A stretch of DNA of 60,233 nt, filler included, from Sanchytrium tribonematis (taxonomy: Eukaryota), in NCBI GenBank assembly GCA_018985235.1. It is 5 parts of 5 records of this genome, joined end to end, with 100 filler letters (N's around TTAATTAATTAA, not from the genome) between each part and the next. Parts side by side here need not be neighbours in the genome. Positions count along the whole stretch, not along the records: positions 48,299 to 60,233 come from JADGIG010000238.1; 4 more parts are not named here. One strand, 5' to 3'. Position numbers and translations under genes: made by a program. The notes beneath the pieces are model-generated. The model saw nothing but the letters and a program-made list of their open reading frames with translations, ran no database searches and had not been told where the DNA came from. The number at the start of each line of letters is the position of its first letter. The first letter of the stretch is position 1. This document shows positions 56,822-60,233 of the stretch, in pieces.

Positions 56822-57607
56822 TTAATTGAGAATATCAATCTCATCCTCCTCATACAAATCAATCAGTGGATTTGCAGTTGTCGCACAAACAGCATTATTG
56901 AGAGGAGTCACGGGGATCGGGCAATGATTCATCGTCCCAAACGGTGAAAATCCACCCATAAAACGGATTCTAGGGAATGCTACTGGTACGATAGGTACCT
57001 GGGGACCACTCTCTTCTGTCTTATTTTTCCTTTTAACAGGTGTCTGGATGGGTATTGACTCCTTCTTCTTTTTACTTTTTGGCTTCTTTTTGACCTCTGG
57101 GGTCTCAATTATTTCATTATAAACATCTATAGGCATATCAAAATCTAGAAATAATGATTCTTCGACCGACGGTGTAGGTGTGTTAGCCATTTCAGCTTCA
57201 ACTGCTTTTTTGACTTTTTTGGGTTGCTTCTTCTTTTGAACACCTTTTTTCTTTGCTTCTAGTTTGGCATTCATCTGTTCCTCTAAATTCTGCTCTACGC
57301 CCTGCATATAATTGTATAAATCACATAATGTTGAATAATCTAAGCATTTTAAATCCAATTCGTCGGAATTACCAACAAATGGGTTCACCATGGCTTTAAC
57401 GATCTCCAATACATCAGGTGCTAGTGGTTCATCCAGCTGCTGTTGCAAATATTGCTCCATATCAACTCGATCCATTGGCATTTGATAGCCAAATCCGATG
57501 TCTAATCCTTCTTCTACAGGTGCATCGAATGTCCAGTAATCTGCTATGTCATCTGCTTGTTCGTCTTCGTATAAGTTTTGCCAGAAACTGTCATCTAACA
57601 ATTCCAT
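56822..57607 (-). CDS. ET (extra-terminal)-domain-like nuclear protein
   Basis: ELDLKCLDYSTLCDLYNYM resembles the BET-family ET domain; Lys-rich NLS-like tracts. Confidence 0.55.
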   Translation of the reverse strand: MELLDDSFWQNLYEDEQADDIADYWTFDAPVEEGLDIGFGYQMPMDRVDMEQYLQQQLDEPLAPDVLEIVKAMVNPFVGNSDELDLKCLDYSTLCDLYNYMQGVEQNLEEQMNAKLEAKKKGVQKKKQPKKVKKAVEAEMANTPTPSVEESLFLDFDMPIDVYNEIIETPEVKKKPKSKKKKESIPIQTPVKRKNKTEESGPQVPIVPVAFPRIRFMGGFSPFGTMNHCPIPVTPLNNAVCATTANPLIDLYEEDEIDILN

Positions 57608-58150
57608 GGCTGCAAAAAGTGATTGTTACAAGGAACACAAAGGAGGGATTCAGAATCACTTCATTCTGGAGACTGTACGACACTTGATATGGGTTTATGG
57701 AGTAGATTTATACCTTATAAATGACTGCAGTCTAATTTAGTCTATGTTTTGTGGTCAAATGATGGATTTTGGTCTTTATCTGGCAAAAGATAATGAAAGT
57801 CGGAGATATTCGGAGGTTATCAGTGTTTGATAATAGACATGTGACTGCTATCGAAACCAATTGACGACAGGTTGCTCTGCATTTCATGGTCACACTGCCC
57901 ACAGAGAATACGGCCAATGTTTTACAATCGCGTAATTGCGACATCCAAACTTGAAAGAATCTGAAGAAGCCATCTGATTTGCAATTGAAATGTCATTTAA
58001 CAAAGTTGCAGAGAATCGGGAATACTAATGATTTGAATTTATTAAACATCTTTTGATTTCATTTCATCCTCTAATTGCTTATCTTTTCATATCCGACATG
58101 CGCAAAATGCAACTCTGTCAATCCATGTGCAAATATCCCCAGTTGTAACA

Positions 58151-59095
58151 ATGGCGCCAAAAATTACAGAGTGGGCAAGTAAATCTGGCGAGTTTAAAAG
58201 ACAGGTGAGCTCATTTCGCAACTGGATCAAACCCAATTCAGAATATCCTCCAGAAATGGATAGATATCAATTAATTATCAGTTATGCCTGTCCATGGGCC
58301 TGTAGAACACTAACTACTCGTGAAATCAAAGGATTACAGCATGTTTTATCAGTCAAAGTCGTTCATTATGAAATGGGAGAAGATGGATGGCGATTTGAGG
58401 CAATTCCAAGTGGCAAATTAGAAAGACCATTCATTAGAGATTATTACTATGCATCTGATCCAAATTATCAAGGCAGATACACGGTACCATTGCTTTATGA
58501 TACTAAAACTGATAAAATAGTCAATAATGAGTCCAGTGAAATCATTAGAATCCTAAACAAAGAATTCAACCAATTTGCAAAACATCCTGAAATTGACTTG
58601 TATCCAAGTGAATTACAATCCAAAATTGATGAAGTCAATGATTGGATATACAATGACATCAACAATGGTGTCTACAAAACAGGATTTGCTACAAAACAAG
58701 ATGTCTATGAAACAAATTGCGGCAAATTGTTTCAATCCCTCGATAAAGTAGAATTAATTCTCTCAAAACAACCATTTCTCACTGGTACTCATTTTACAGA
58801 AGCTGATTTACGATTATTTGTCACTACAATCCGATTTGATCCTGTTTATTTTGGTCATTTCAAGTGCAATTTAAAATCCATTAAATTTGATTATCCAAAC
58901 ATCTTAAAATGGCAACGACGTATCTACCAATTTGAAAATGTCAAAGATACTGTCAATATGGAGCATATCAAAGGTCATTACTACATGTCACATACTCAAA
59001 TTAATCCAAATAAGATTGTTGGATTGAGTAATGGGCCAGATATGTCAGTACCAGTAGAACCATTAACCAGAAATGAATTCGTGACTAAAAAATAA
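58151..59095 (+). CDS. Glutathionyl-hydroquinone reductase (Xi-class GST, Ecm4/YqjG-like)
   Basis: FKRQVSSFRNW, SYACPWA, TVPLLYD, NNESSEIIR, INNGVYKTGFA, RFDPVY.HFKCN, HIKGHYY.SH. Confidence 0.93.
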   Translation: MAPKITEWASKSGEFKRQVSSFRNWIKPNSEYPPEMDRYQLIISYACPWACRTLTTREIKGLQHVLSVKVVHYEMGEDGWRFEAIPSGKLERPFIRDYYYASDPNYQGRYTVPLLYDTKTDKIVNNESSEIIRILNKEFNQFAKHPEIDLYPSELQSKIDEVNDWIYNDINNGVYKTGFATKQDVYETNCGKLFQSLDKVELILSKQPFLTGTHFTEADLRLFVTTIRFDPVYFGHFKCNLKSIKFDYPNILKWQRRIYQFENVKDTVNMEHIKGHYYMSHTQINPNKIVGLSNGPDMSVPVEPLTRNEFVTKK

Positions 59096-59110
59096 ATATA
59101 TTGGGATCAT

Positions 59111-59854
59111 TTATTCTGTAATCATGAATTTTCGATGTTGCAATTCTTTTGGAAACCATTTAATTACGTCTTCATTTCTAAAATACTCAATAAATACATC
59201 TCTTATTGGATCTGACAATAAATTTAAAAGATTCGGAAGAATCAATTCTTCAATGCCCAAAAATTCCTTCAGCGTTTGGTGAATAATTGCAGGAAATTTT
59301 TTTAAAATAGACTCTGGAATATGGATCATATCATACTTGCTTATTAGGGCATTGGTATGTGCAATTTGTTTCTCTCGAGTATCTGGTCGGTCTACAAAAA
59401 AAGCTACTGCAAAATCAATTAGCAGTTCAGGAATCTTGTCAGGAATTAATGAGGAAACGTGATTAAATAAATTACTCATGACAATTTGATAGACACTATT
59501 TTGACTGAATTGGCTGCTTACTAGTTGGGTAGCAATAATCACAACTTTACAATGACTATGAAATAACTGTAAAGAGTATTTCTGAATGATTTCATTTCTA
59601 AATTGGGCTAAATAATAGAATGAATTGACCACCCACCCAGGATCTAAAATTATGATTGTTTTGGTTATGAATTCTTTGGGACGTAAAGAAGATTTTATGA
59701 GTAGATCATGATATTTGTCACGCAGAAATGGAATTTCCATCTCACTGTAAAATTCTGGTAATTTAAGATGCAGCGATTGTATTTGATCCTCTTCCCTATC
59801 TTCTTTCATTGGGCTTATAATTTTACCAATTGTTGCCCATAATATTATTAACAT
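59111..59854 (-). CDS. Hypothetical secreted protein
   Basis: MLIILWATIG start preceded by CCCC; stop within AATAAA. Confidence 0.55.
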   Translation of the reverse strand: MLIILWATIGKIISPMKEDREEDQIQSLHLKLPEFYSEMEIPFLRDKYHDLLIKSSLRPKEFITKTIIILDPGWVVNSFYYLAQFRNEIIQKYSLQLFHSHCKVVIIATQLVSSQFSQNSVYQIVMSNLFNHVSSLIPDKIPELLIDFAVAFFVDRPDTREKQIAHTNALISKYDMIHIPESILKKFPAIIHQTLKEFLGIEELILPNLLNLLSDPIRDVFIEYFRNEDVIKWFPKELQHRKFMITE

Positions 59855-60233
59855 TGGGGCAAACCTTGAAATTTTTGTTTTTTTGAGATGACGAATATGG
59901 GTCACATGTGTGGTCATCTGGCAGAGATTGCAAAGATAATTGCGACATAAAATATTGACAATTTTCGTCAAGGTTTTAATCGACACTCTCATTTACTAAT
60001 TGAATGTTTACTAGAGTCAATACAAACAATATCAGAGGGAATCTCCCTTGAAACTCCAATCATGTCAAATTTGCAATTTCTCACCATTTCATCTATTGTA
60101 TCCATTTTATTACTAAATCACTTGCAATTTTCATTTATATATATATATGTGATACAGTCATGTAAATGGATCTACTATATTCAATTAAATCACCCTGAAT
60201 ATCTCCATTTTAAATATTATGAAAAATGGCAAA

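Overview
AT-rich, very gene-dense eukaryotic DNA. The HR1-HR1-C2-C1-C1-kinase Pkc1 and the SPX-CitMHS transporter point to a fungus, probably a reduced early-diverging lineage (inference). The window is five separate ~12 kb contigs in decreasing size (1-11993, 12094-24084, 24185-36143, 36244-48198, 48299-60233) joined by artificial N/TTAATTAATTAA linkers, so adjacency across linkers means nothing. Contig 1 holds a tandem family of secreted EEP (DNase I-like) genes and two non-LTR retrotransposons. One APE-RT-CCHC LINE appears twice, antisense, at the homologous point of two neighbouring EEP paralogs, suggesting a site-specific element that targets a protein-coding family. The rest is housekeeping genes (NOC3, GAL1, PKC1, CAP1, SPO11, CK2-beta, NDC80, PHO87-like, BLM10, CK1-like, ECM4-like), a U1 snRNA and many secreted proteins, including two DUF2235/Tle1-like lipases. 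Genome-wide oddities: 19-21 nt GT-AG introns with an A at -6, signal peptides of only ~8-11 aa, TAA stops fused into AATAAA, and a shared LxxLEGG + Gly/Pro tail on unrelated secreted enzymes. Several isolated 1-2 nt frameshifts may be sequencing errors. All calls are by eye; no searches were run.
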